A stretch of 64,000 bases of DNA from an uncultured Candidatus Rokubacteria bacterium (GTDB taxonomy: Bacteria; Methylomirabilota; Methylomirabilia; Rokubacteriales; CSP1-6), in contig CAVWWD010000008.1 of NCBI GenBank assembly GCA_963758635.1, positions 928,001 through 992,000 of the forward strand, in the 5' to 3' direction. Shown here piece after piece: positions 43,181 to 52,209 of this stretch (position 1 is the stretch's first letter; the number at the start of each line of letters is the position of its first letter). A program made the translations under genes and the position numbers. The notes beneath the pieces are model-generated. The model had not been told where the DNA came from. It saw nothing but the letters and a program-made list of their open reading frames with translations, and searched no databases.

Positions 43181-44515
43181 TCAGTGCTCCACTCGCTGTA
43201 GGGCGAAGAGTCGCCAACTCTCTGGTACGCCCCGTAGGTTGTGGACACCGCGATCGTCGAAACGAAGCCCGGAGCCTGCCACGAGATCCTTGACCGTACT
43301 CGATACCAGGACCTCGTTGGGCGCGGCGAGCGCCGCCAGCCGTGCTCCAATGTGCACGGCGATTCCGCCGACCTTGTCGCCGATCATCTCGCACTCGCCG
43401 GTATGAACTCCCGCGCGGATGCTTACGCCCAGCGGTCGCAGCGCGTCACCGATGGCACCGGCAGCGCGGACGGCACGGGCTGGACCATCGAAGACCGCCA
43501 GGAACCCGTCGCCCGCGGTATCGATCTCACGGCCTCGGAAGCGCTCCAGCCGCTGGCGGACGAGCGCATGATGCTGCGTGATGAGTTCCCGCCAGCGGCG
43601 GTCACCAAGCTGGGCCGCATGCTCGGTGGCGCCGACGATGTCCGTGAACAGCACCGTGACAAGCACACGATCAGGTTCCGGCCCGTGACGAACGCCGGTG
43701 AGGAACTCCTCGATCTCGTCGAGAACGGAATCCGTATCGCCAGCCCACGGTGCGTGGTCGATGCCAGGTAACTCCACGCATTTTGCGCCGGGAATGTGCG
43801 CGGCGATGTATCGGCCATGCTCCACCTTGATCTGCGGGTCATCGGTTCGATGAAGCACGAGTGTTGGCACACGAATGATAGGAAGCACAGGCCGGGCATC
43901 GATCTCCCAGTTCATTCGCGATACGGCCAAAGCCGCACCCGGGCTCGCACTGGCTCGCTCGTAGGCCGCCAGCCATCGTCGGTAAGGCTCGTCAGCGGCG
44001 AGACTAGGATTGTAGGTGGACAGCACAGCACCGGTGCCCCACGCCGTTTCCAGAGACTTCAAGCGCGGTTCGTGGTCGTCGAATTTGCGGCCCCATGGGT
44101 GGTCTGGGGCCCAGGCGAGCCGCGCCATCGCCCCATACAGGATGAGGGCAGATGTGCGCAGCGGATTGGTGGCGGCAAAAAGTGCACACATCGGACCGCC
44201 CTCGGAAATGCCTAAGAGCGCGGCGCGCTGCGAACCGACGGCGTCCATGACCGCACGGACGTCGTCCATGCGCTCCTCCAGCAATGGGATCGCTGCGACA
44301 CGGTCAGAGAGGCCCGTACCGCGCTTGTCGAAACAGATCAGCCGGCAGAACGACGCTAGGCGGTGTAGGAAATAGGCCGGCCGCGGATGGGCCCACATCA
44401 GCTCCACATGGGAGACAAATCCGGGGACGAGGACTAGATCAAACGAACCGCTTCCCGTTACCTGGTAAGCGATGTGGACGTCACCGCTCTTGGCGTAGCG
44501 CGTCTCCGGGTCCAT
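43181..44515 (-). CDS. Alpha/beta hydrolase-adenylate cyclase fusion (LipJ/Rv1900c-like)
   Basis: TRYAKSG, FDKRGTGLSD, GISEGG; FTDIVG, DTAGDG, GIAVHIGARL; visibly lower GC. Confidence 0.88.
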   Translation of the reverse strand: MDPETRYAKSGDVHIAYQVTGSGSFDLVLVPGFVSHVELMWAHPRPAYFLHRLASFCRLICFDKRGTGLSDRVAAIPLLEERMDDVRAVMDAVGSQRAALLGISEGGPMCALFAATNPLRTSALILYGAMARLAWAPDHPWGRKFDDHEPRLKSLETAWGTGAVLSTYNPSLAADEPYRRWLAAYERASASPGAALAVSRMNWEIDARPVLPIIRVPTLVLHRTDDPQIKVEHGRYIAAHIPGAKCVELPGIDHAPWAGDTDSVLDEIEEFLTGVRHGPEPDRVLVTVLFTDIVGATEHAAQLGDRRWRELITQHHALVRQRLERFRGREIDTAGDGFLAVFDGPARAVRAAGAIGDALRPLGVSIRAGVHTGECEMIGDKVGGIAVHIGARLAALAAPNEVLVSSTVKDLVAGSGLRFDDRGVHNLRGVPESWRLFALQRVEH

Positions 44516-45248
44516 GGCGTCCTCCTGGGCTAGACCATTCCCACACTCAAGCCGTATCGTTCTTGCCGCCGAAGCGAAATTCGACAGCAGGATACGCGGG
44601 TATGCGTATCTCCACAAACGCGGCGGGCCTTCGCCGCGTATAGCGAGGTACCGGGGGCCCCGGATGCCCGCCGCGCAAGGCCCTGTCAAGGAAGGCATGG
44701 CAGGTTCCCATCAGACAGGGACCGTCCACGATACGCGACGAGACACTGCTGCGTATCCTGTCGCATATACCCCGGGAGGTAGCGACGGGGCTCGTGCCCC
44801 GGGGAGCCGATCGGCCGGGTTCCGCAACGGCGCCGACTCGTGACAGAGGACGTGCGTGTAGTACACCTGCTCGGCTCGACGGCTCAGGCGGCGGGCTCGA
44901 CAGGCGGCACTGAGGCATCGAGGAGCCGTGGCCGAGGGAGCTCGGGAGGATGGGCCTCTCGAAACGACGAGGTGCGCGGCGCCGTGCCCTCCACGACGTC
45001 GCACTGAGCCGAGCGGTCGCGGACCCCGCATGCCGGACTGGCGCCTTTGCTCGAATCGCTGGGGGACTATGGCGTGGCGCCCCCTGGTGAGCAAGGAACG
45101 GCGCGGCTGTGTTCGCCGGGAGAGGGCCCGCCGGCGCGGTGGCCGGATCAATGGAAGTCGTGCTAGGGCACGCCGGTGAGGCGATGGCGCAGGGCGTTGA
45201 AGGCGCTGGCGGTCATGGCGTAGATTGCGCCCGCAGAGGAGACCGGAC

Positions 45249-45742
45249 ATGAGTCGAGCCTTGACGGAGATGCTCGAGCGGCAGGTGGCGCGCTTCGTGG
45301 ATCGCGTGGCGGACTGGGACGCCTTCGCCGACGCGCGGGTGGAGGGGTATCGCCGGGCCCAGCACCGCTTCATCGGCGCCGGCGCGTCGGGCAAGACCGA
45401 CGCGCGCTCCATTCCCGCCGAGCACTTCACCCTGAGCGTCATGTTCGTCCCGCCGGGGCAGGGCAACGCCGCGCACCGGCACGAGGTCGAGGAGGTCTTC
45501 TTCGTGCTGCGCGGCAAGCTCAAGGTGTTCTTCGAGGACGGCGCGGGCGGGCACGTCGAGACCGTGCTGGGCGAGTGGGACTGCGTGTCGTGCCCCGCGG
45601 AGGTCATCCACGGGTTCGAGAACGTGGGGCTCGAGCCCGTGCTACCTCCAGGTGATGCTCGGCAAGGGGCGGCCCGGACCTGATGCAGTATGCCGACGGC
45701 GCGCTCCAGTCCCGCCGCGACGAGCACCTCCGGGCCGGCTGA
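45249..45742 (+). CDS. Cupin domain protein (frameshift near 45645)
   Basis: PPGQGNAAHRHEVEEVFFV, HGFEN. Confidence 0.8.
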
Positions 45743-45792
45743 GCCGCGCGGGGCGGTGAAGCGCGCTCGGCCGGGCGCCCGCGGCGCGCGCG

Positions 45793-46251
45793 TCAGCCCT
45801 TCAGGAGCTCCTCGGCGATGCGCTTCACGTCGGCGGCCTCGACCTGGCCCTTGTGGGTCTTCATGACGTCGCCGACGACCTTGCCCACCTGCTTGGGATC
45901 GGTGACGCCGAGGGCCTGCAGGCGCTCGCGCACGATGGCGCGCACCGCGTCCGCGTCCAGGCCGCGGGGCAGGTAGCCCTCGCAGAACGCGATCTCGAAG
46001 CGGAGCTGCCCGGCCTGGGCGGCGCCGCGCTCTCCCAGCGCCTCGAACTCGGCGAGCGCCTTCTGGAGCTGCTTGCGGTAGGCCCCGATCACGTCCAGGA
46101 CCAGCGCATCGTCCACCGTGCCCGCGAAGCCCTTGGCGGTGCGGCGCTCCTGGAGCCGGGTCTTCAGCATCCGGACCACGTCCGCGGTGCGCTGGTCCCG
46201 GTCCTTCATGGCCCGGGTGAGCGTGTCGGTGAGGGTCTGCTCGAGGGACAT
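45793..46251 (-). CDS. GatB/YqeY domain protein
   Basis: AMKDRD..VRMLK, YLP, GKVVGDVMK. Confidence 0.85.
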   Translation of the reverse strand: MSLEQTLTDTLTRAMKDRDQRTADVVRMLKTRLQERRTAKGFAGTVDDALVLDVIGAYRKQLQKALAEFEALGERGAAQAGQLRFEIAFCEGYLPRGLDADAVRAIVRERLQALGVTDPKQVGKVVGDVMKTHKGQVEAADVKRIAEELLKG

Positions 46252-46264
46252 GTCGTCTCCGGCC

Positions 46265-47053
46265 TCAGCGATGGGAGGGCACGAACGGGTGCGTGCTCGA
46301 CAGCCCGCCGTCCACGGCGAGGGCCTGGCCGTTCACGTAGGAGGCGTCGTCGCTGGCCAGGAAGAGAGCCATCGCGGCGATCTCCTCGGGCCGTCCGAAG
46401 CGGAGCGTGGGGTTGAGCTGGCCGATGCGCTTCTCCGTGCCACGCGCGCGGGCCGCGTCGAAGAGGGGCTTGGTCATGCCGGTCTCGATGAGGCCCGGGC
46501 AGATGGCGTTCACGCGCACGCTGGTGCCGGCGAGCGCGTTGGCCGCGGTCTGGACCAGGCTGATCACGCCGGCCTTGCTGGCCGCGTAGGGGCTGCCGCC
46601 CGCGTTGGCCCGGAGCCCGCCCACCGAGGCGGTGCAGACGATCGAGCCGCCGCCCTGCCGGATCATGATCGGCGCGGCGTGCTTGATGGCGAGCCAGGGG
46701 CCGATCAGGTTGATGCGCAGGATCTCCTCCCACTGGGCCACGGTCTGCTCGAGGAGGGGCACGCGGCCGCCGCTGATGCCCGCGTTGGCGTACACGACGT
46801 CCACGCCTCCGAGCTCATCGCGGCAGCGCTCGATCACGTCGATGACCGCCGCCTCGTCCCCGGCGTCGGCCGTGATGCCCATCCCGGCGCCCCCGGCGGC
46901 CCGGATCGCCGCGACGACCGCCTCCAGCGGCGCGGCCTCGCGGTCCACCGCCACGACGCGCGCGCCCTCGCGGGCGAAGAGGACGGCGCTCGCGCGGCCG
47001 ATGCCGCTGGCGGCGCCGGTGACGATGGCTCGCTTGCCGGACAGCCGCGCCAT
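46265..47053 (-). CDS. SDR family oxidoreductase
   Basis: TGAASGIG, ANAG, YAASK, RVNAICPG. Confidence 0.9.
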   Translation of the reverse strand: MARLSGKRAIVTGAASGIGRASAVLFAREGARVVAVDREAAPLEAVVAAIRAAGGAGMGITADAGDEAAVIDVIERCRDELGGVDVVYANAGISGGRVPLLEQTVAQWEEILRINLIGPWLAIKHAAPIMIRQGGGSIVCTASVGGLRANAGGSPYAASKAGVISLVQTAANALAGTSVRVNAICPGLIETGMTKPLFDAARARGTEKRIGQLNPTLRFGRPEEIAAMALFLASDDASYVNGQALAVDGGLSSTHPFVPSHR

Positions 47054-47066
47054 CGCCCGCCCTGGC

Positions 47067-48278
47067 TCAGCGACGCGCGTCGAGGATGGCGCGGGCGAGG
47101 AGCCGGGCGCCCTCGTAGCAGCGCTCGGGCGCCTCGTAGCTGAAGGCGAGGCGGATGTGCTGCTCGCCGCCGCCGTTGGCGAAGAACGCGGGACCCGCGG
47201 TGTACTGCACGCGCGACGCCTTCGCCAGCTCGAAGAGCCTGGCGCGGTCGGTGCCGGTCGGGAGCTTGATCCAGATGAAGAAGCCGCCCTCGGGCCGGCT
47301 GATCTCCACGTCGGTGCCGGTGAGCACCTCCCAGAGGCCGCGCAGCATCGCGTCGCGCTTGGCCCGGTACACGGCGATGAGACGCGCCACGTGCCCCTCG
47401 AGGTTGTCGCGCATGAAGTAGGTGGCCACGCGCGACATGTACGGGTTCACGCCCCCGCCGAACACGAACGCCTGGAGCACCGGGATCATCTCGCGCGACG
47501 CGCAGAGCCAGCCCAGCCGCACGCCGGCGCCGAGGATCTTGGAGAGCGTGCCCGCGCGGATGACGCGGCCCGACGGGTCCAGCGAGTAGAGCGACGGCTG
47601 GGCCTCGCCCTCGAAGCGCAGCTCGCCGTAGGCGTCGTCTTCCAGGATGAGCGTGTCGAACTCCTGGGCCAGCTCGACCAGCTCGCGGCGGCGCCGGAGG
47701 GACATCGTCGGCCCCGACGGGTTCTGGAAGGTGTCGATGGTGTAGATCAGCTTGCAGCGGAGCCCTTCCGCCCGGAGCTGCTCGAGGCGCTGCCGGACGA
47801 CGCTCGTGACCATGCCCTCGGCGTCGACGGGCGCGTCGAGGACGCGGGCGCCGTGACGGCGGATGGTGTTGAGCGTGCCGGAGAAGGTGGGCGCCTCGCA
47901 GATGATGGGGTCGCCCACGTCCACGAACGCGCTGAAGGCCAGCGACAGCGCGTGCCCCGAGCCGTTGGCGACCACGATGTTGTCGGGATCGACCTTGAGG
48001 CCCTCGAAGAGGTCGTACTTGTGGGCGACCAGCTCGCGCAGCCCGCGATAGCCCTGCGCCTCGCCGTAGGTCAGGGCCTGGGCGCCCTCGACCTTCATCA
48101 TGCGGGCGGTGGCGTCGATCATGCCCTCGTAGGGGAAGGACTCGGGGTCGGGAAACCCGCCGCCGAAGTCGAAGAGGGCCTCCTGGACGGGGCGCGAGGG
48201 CGGAGGCGGCGCGCCCCAGCCGATGCGGGCACGGGTCGAGAGCAGCTCGTCGAAGCGCGTGGTCGGTGGTGTGGTCAT
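47067..48278 (-). CDS. PLP-dependent aminotransferase class I/II (LysN/Aro8-like)
   Basis: GGFPDP, FQNPSG, EDDAY, TLSKILGAGVRLGW, EGGFF, RLAFS. Confidence 0.9.
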   Translation of the reverse strand: MTTPPTTRFDELLSTRARIGWGAPPPPSRPVQEALFDFGGGFPDPESFPYEGMIDATARMMKVEGAQALTYGEAQGYRGLRELVAHKYDLFEGLKVDPDNIVVANGSGHALSLAFSAFVDVGDPIICEAPTFSGTLNTIRRHGARVLDAPVDAEGMVTSVVRQRLEQLRAEGLRCKLIYTIDTFQNPSGPTMSLRRRRELVELAQEFDTLILEDDAYGELRFEGEAQPSLYSLDPSGRVIRAGTLSKILGAGVRLGWLCASREMIPVLQAFVFGGGVNPYMSRVATYFMRDNLEGHVARLIAVYRAKRDAMLRGLWEVLTGTDVEISRPEGGFFIWIKLPTGTDRARLFELAKASRVQYTAGPAFFANGGGEQHIRLAFSYEAPERCYEGARLLARAILDARR

Positions 48279-48473
48279 GCCAGGGAGAATACGGGGCGCG
48301 CGCGCTCCTCGTCAAATCACCGCCGCGTGGGCAGGACACGTGAAGCGGGAGCTCACCGTCAACGCGGCGGCATGGATTTGGCGCTCTTTCACCAGAATCT
48401 GTAGCCGCCCCTGTATTCAGGCGGCTTGCGCGAGCGGGCCACGCGCGTGACCGTTCCGAGGCCGGCCGCTCGC

Positions 48474-48495
48474 ACTGTATCCGGCTAGATACAGT
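48474..48495. promoter_or_regulatory. Palindrome ACTGTATC-N6-GATACAGT upstream of integrase
   Basis: Perfect 8-bp arms about 90 bp before the intI start; regulator unknown. Confidence 0.4.
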
Positions 48496-48587
48496 CTTCG
48501 GCTCCTCACGATAGCGGCTGGATTCCTCTTGTCCGCTTCCCGTCGGTCGATTATCTTCGAGGCCCCCGAACAAGAGGAGTAGCAGGC

Positions 48588-49390
48588 ATGAGCACGGTTG
48601 CCCTTCGGTCGAGCAGCGCGTGGTCCTATCCCGTGTTGCCGGCGCGTGCTCCCTCGGCGGCGCTCGGCGTCCATGAAGCCGGCCCGGCCGGCGCCCCGAA
48701 GCCCCGGCTCCTCGACCGCGTGCGGGAGGCGGTTCGCACCCGCCACTACAGCCGCCGCACCGAGAAGGCGTACGTCCACTGGGTCAAGCGGTACATCTTC
48801 TTCCACGGCAAGCGCCACCCGGCCGAGATGGGCGCCCCCGAAGTGACCGCGTTCCTGACAGCGCTCGCCGTTCAGGGCAAGGTCGCGGCCTCTACCCAGA
48901 ACCAGGCTTTGAGCGCCCTGCTCTTTCTCTACCGCCAGGTGCTCGCGAGTCGAGCTTCCGTGGCTCGACGATGTCGTGCGCGCCAAGCGGCCCCTGCACC
49001 TCCCCATCGTGCTCACGCGGGACGAGGTCCGCGCCGTCCTCCAGCGGCTCGACGGCGTGCCACGGCTCATGGTGCTCTTGCTGTACGGCGCCGGACTTCG
49101 CCTCCTGGAGTGCTGTCGCGCTGCGCGTGAAGGACGTTGACTTCGCCACCAACCAGATCGTCGATCCGCGACGGCAAGGGCCACAAGGACCGGCTGACGA
49201 TGCTGCCGGCCGCGGTCAAGGCCGCGCTGACCGCCCACCTCGAGGGCGCTGCACGAGCAACACCAGGCCGACCTCCGTCACGGCGCCGGCTGGGTCGAGC
49301 TGCCCGGCGCGCTCCTGCGCGAAGTACCCGCACGCCGGCCGCGAATGGGCGCTGGCAATGGGTCTTCCCCGCCACGCGATCTCTAAGTAG
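48588..49390 (+). pseudogene. intI: Integron integrase, C-terminally truncated and frameshifted
   Basis: [48 protein letters not shown], IntI-patch KYP..WQWVFP; no HxxR or catalytic Tyr. Confidence 0.88.
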
Positions 49391-49410
49391 AGGTCTGATA
49401 AGGTGGAACG

Positions 49411-49647
49411 ATGCCGACGGTGCTGCGGTCAGGGCCGTATAGCTTCCACTTCTACTCCAACGACGCGGCCGAGCCGCCGCACGTCCACGTCGAGCGCGAT
49501 GAGAACACAGCCAAGTTCTAGCACAGCCCGGCTAGGCTACAGAGCAGTGGCGGTTTCCGCCCTGCCGAGGTCCGTCGGATTCAGCGTCTGGTCGAGCAAC
49601 ACCGAGAAGCCTTGCTGAGGAGCTGTGATGCCTACTTCAACGAGTGA
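49411..49647 (+). pseudogene. DUF4160 family protein with nonsense codon
   Basis: MPTVLRSGPYSFHFYSND..EPPHVHV..AKF-TAG(49519). Confidence 0.78.
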
Positions 49648-49942
49648 TCTTGCCGACGCCCGAGCCGTCGACGTCAAAGTCAAGGACGACGAGCTAACCG
49701 TGCAGCTGGAGCATGGTAGCACCGTCGCGGTGCCGCTTGTCTAGTAACCGTGGCTTCTGAACGGAATGAAGCGTGAACGCGCCAGCTGGCGGCTCGTTGG
49801 GCGTGGAGTCCGAATTCACTGGCCTACGCTGGATGAGGACATCAGCGTCGAGGGATTGCTGGCAGGTCGCCGTTCAGGTGAAAGCCAAGGCGCGCCGCGC
49901 GAGTCGCGGGCGGGGCGAAATGCGAAGCGCAGCTCGCCGTAG
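49628..49942 (+). pseudogene. DUF2442 family protein with nonsense codons
   Basis: LTVQLEHG..VPLV-TAG-TAA-PWL..IHWPTLDEDISVEGLL. Confidence 0.78.
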
Positions 49943-49971
49943 GCGTCGTCTTCCAGGATGAGCGTGTCGAA
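49923..49971. repeat. 49-bp exact direct repeat of 47612-47660
   Basis: CGAAGCGCAGCTCGCCGTAGGCGTCGTCTTCCAGGATGAGCGTGTCGAA at both positions. Confidence 0.9.
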
Positions 49972-50024
49972 GTGCGACATTTCGTTTGCCATGCCGGAGG
50001 CCCCGTGCTACCCGTCTACCTGCC

Positions 50025-50533
50025 ATGACCCCCGAAGAGGAGCGGATCCGGAGCTACCTGGTTGCCCAGGGCGCGAAGCTCAGCCCGGCAGCCATCGTGG
50101 AGAAGGTCCAGGCGGCGATGGCCGACCTGCGCCAGGCCGCCGTCGCCGTTCCCGCGGCGCGGTTCGGCGACCGGCCGGGCGGGGGCGAGTGGAGCGCCAA
50201 TGACGTGATGGCGCACGTGCTCGCCTCTGGGAGGTACTTCGGCGAAGGCATCGCGGCCATCATCTCGGGCCGTCCCCCCGATCCGCGCCCCGAGCGTCCG
50301 AGCCCCGAGGGAGGGCCGCTCCGGACCGCCCAGGCCTGGTGCGACGAGCTGGAACGCGACCGGTCGGCGCTCTTCGCGCGGGCGATCGCCGCCGATCCCG
50401 GCGCGCGCCTCGACCACACGATCCAGCACCCGCGTTCGGCCCGCTCGACTGGCGGGCCTCGCTCCTGTTCCTCCGGTTGCACGACATGGACCACACGGAA
50501 CAGCTCCGGAAGATCGCCGCCGCGCTCGCGTAG
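50025..50533 (+). CDS. DinB family protein (frameshift near 50430)
   Basis: EWSANDVMAH, HP.FGPLDW, HDMDH. Confidence 0.78.
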
Positions 50534-50539
50534 ACCCCG

Positions 50540-51578
50540 ATGCGCATCGCCATCTCGCTGCGGCTCGCCAACGAGGACTGGGCCGCGGCGAGCGCCTGGG
50601 TGGTGGAGGCCGAGCGGCTCGGGGCGCACGCCGTCTGGTCCGCGGAGTCCTGGGGGCACGACGCGGTCACGCCGCTCGCCTTCCTCGCCGCGCGCACGTC
50701 GCGCATCCGCCTCGGCGCGGGGATCATGCAGGCGGGCACGCGCACGCCGGCGCTCGTGGCCATGACCGCGATGAGCCTCGCGTCGATGTCCGACGACCGC
50801 TTCAACCTGGGCCTCGGCGTGAGCGGGCCGCAGGTCATCGAGGGCTGGCACGGCATCCGGTTCGAGCGGCCGGTGCGGCGGATGCGCGAGACCATCGACA
50901 TCGTGCGGCGCATCGCGCGCGGCGAGCGTCTCGAGTACCACGGCGAGGTGTACGACCTGCCGCTGCCCGGCGGGGAGGGGAAGGCGCTCCGCTCGGCGGC
51001 GCGCCCGCGTCCCGACATCCCCGTGTACCTGGCCACGCTCTCGCCGCGAAGCCTCGAGATGACCGGCGAGGTGGCCGACGGCTGGCTCGGCACGTCGTTC
51101 ATGCCCGAGCACGCGTCGGTCTTCTTCGACCATCTCGCCGCCGGCGCGGCCCGCGCGGGCCGCTCGCTCGCCGACCTGGACCTCCAGGCGGGCGGGGTGG
51201 TGGCCTTCTCGGACGATCTCGCCCCGCTGCTGGCGGCGCGCAAGCCGGGGCTGGCCTTCACGCTGGGCGCCATGGGCTCGCGGGCGCACAACTTCTACAA
51301 CGCCGCGTTCCGGCGCGCGGGCTACGAGGACACGGCGCATCGAGGTGCAGCGGCTCTGGCTCGACGGGCGGCGTGACGAGGCGGCGACGCGGGTGCCCGA
51401 CGAGATGGTGCTGAAGACCAACCTGCTCGGGACCGAGGCGATGGTGCGGGACCGCCTCCGCGCGTACCGGAAGGCGGGGATCACCACGCTCCGCGTGGAG
51501 CCGGCGGCGGGCGCTCTGGATGAGCGCCTCGCCACGCTCGGCCGCGTCATCGACCTGGTCCGCGACCTGCCCGCGTGA
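50540..51578 (+). CDS. LLM-class oxidoreductase (frameshift near 51340)
   Basis: WSAESWGHDA, LGLGVSGPQVIEGWHG, TGEVADGW. Confidence 0.88.
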
Positions 51579-51585
51579 CCGTCCT

Positions 51586-51720
51586 CCCTCTCCCTTTCAG
51601 GGAGAGGGTTGGGGTGAGGGTCGGTGGCGCCAGCTCGCGGGCCGACTTCTCCTCGGCGGACACTCCGTGAGCTTCGGCGACCGCCCCTCACCCTGCCCTC
51701 TCCCCAGAGGGGAGAGGGGA
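51586..51720. repeat. REP-like inverted pair (CCCTCTCCC family)
   Basis: CCCTCTCCC..GGGAGAGGG..GGTGAGGG and its inverse between convergent genes. Confidence 0.75.
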
Positions 51721-51746
51721 AGATGAGGCGCCCTTCGGGCGCTTCT

Positions 51747-52094
51747 CTATATGGCGGCGATCGACATGATCTCCACGAGGAGCTTCGGGTTGGCCAGGCG
51801 CGCCTCGACGGTGGCGCGGGCCGGCGTGTTGTTCGGGTCCACCCACGCGTCCCACGCCTCGTTCATCTCGGCGAAGTTGCCCATGTTCGAGATCCAGATC
51901 GTGGCGGAGAGGAGCTTGGACTTGTCGGTCCCCGCCGCGGCGAGCAGCTCGTCCATCTTCTTGAGGATCTGCTCGGTCTGGCCCTTGACGCCGGCCGAGG
52001 AGTCGCCGGCGACCTGTCCGGCCAGGTAGACGGTGTTGCCGTGGACCACCGCGCCGCTGAGACGCTTGCCGGGGCTGAGCCGCTTGATCGTCAT
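51747..52094 (-). CDS. RidA/YoaB-like protein
   Basis: VYLAGQV, MNEAWDAW, PARATVEA, LVEI. Confidence 0.9.
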   Translation of the reverse strand: MTIKRLSPGKRLSGAVVHGNTVYLAGQVAGDSSAGVKGQTEQILKKMDELLAAAGTDKSKLLSATIWISNMGNFAEMNEAWDAWVDPNNTPARATVEARLANPKLLVEIMSIAAI

Positions 52095-52111
52095 CGATCG
52101 GTCTCCTTGAT

Positions 52112-52209
52112 GAGGTTGTGAGGAAACGTGGACCTTGGCTTCGCCGTGCGGGTCAACCCCGCGATTCTGCGTACCGGCGCGAGGCCTTCTCGCTATTCAT
52201 TCAGGACTC
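52112..52209 (-). repeat. ~95-bp dispersed element, copy 4 (overlaps nudC stop)
   Basis: GCTTCGCCGTGCGGG..CGCGATTCTGCGTAC..CTCGCTATTC. Confidence 0.7.

Noticed and set aside
48474..48495. E. coli-type LexA box upstream of intI
   Set aside because: Spacing is CTGT-N12-ACAG, not N8; kept only as an unassigned palindrome
47612..49971. 49-bp repeat as a DGR template/variable repeat pair
   Set aside because: Copies are identical with no adenine-specific mismatches and no reverse transcriptase is present
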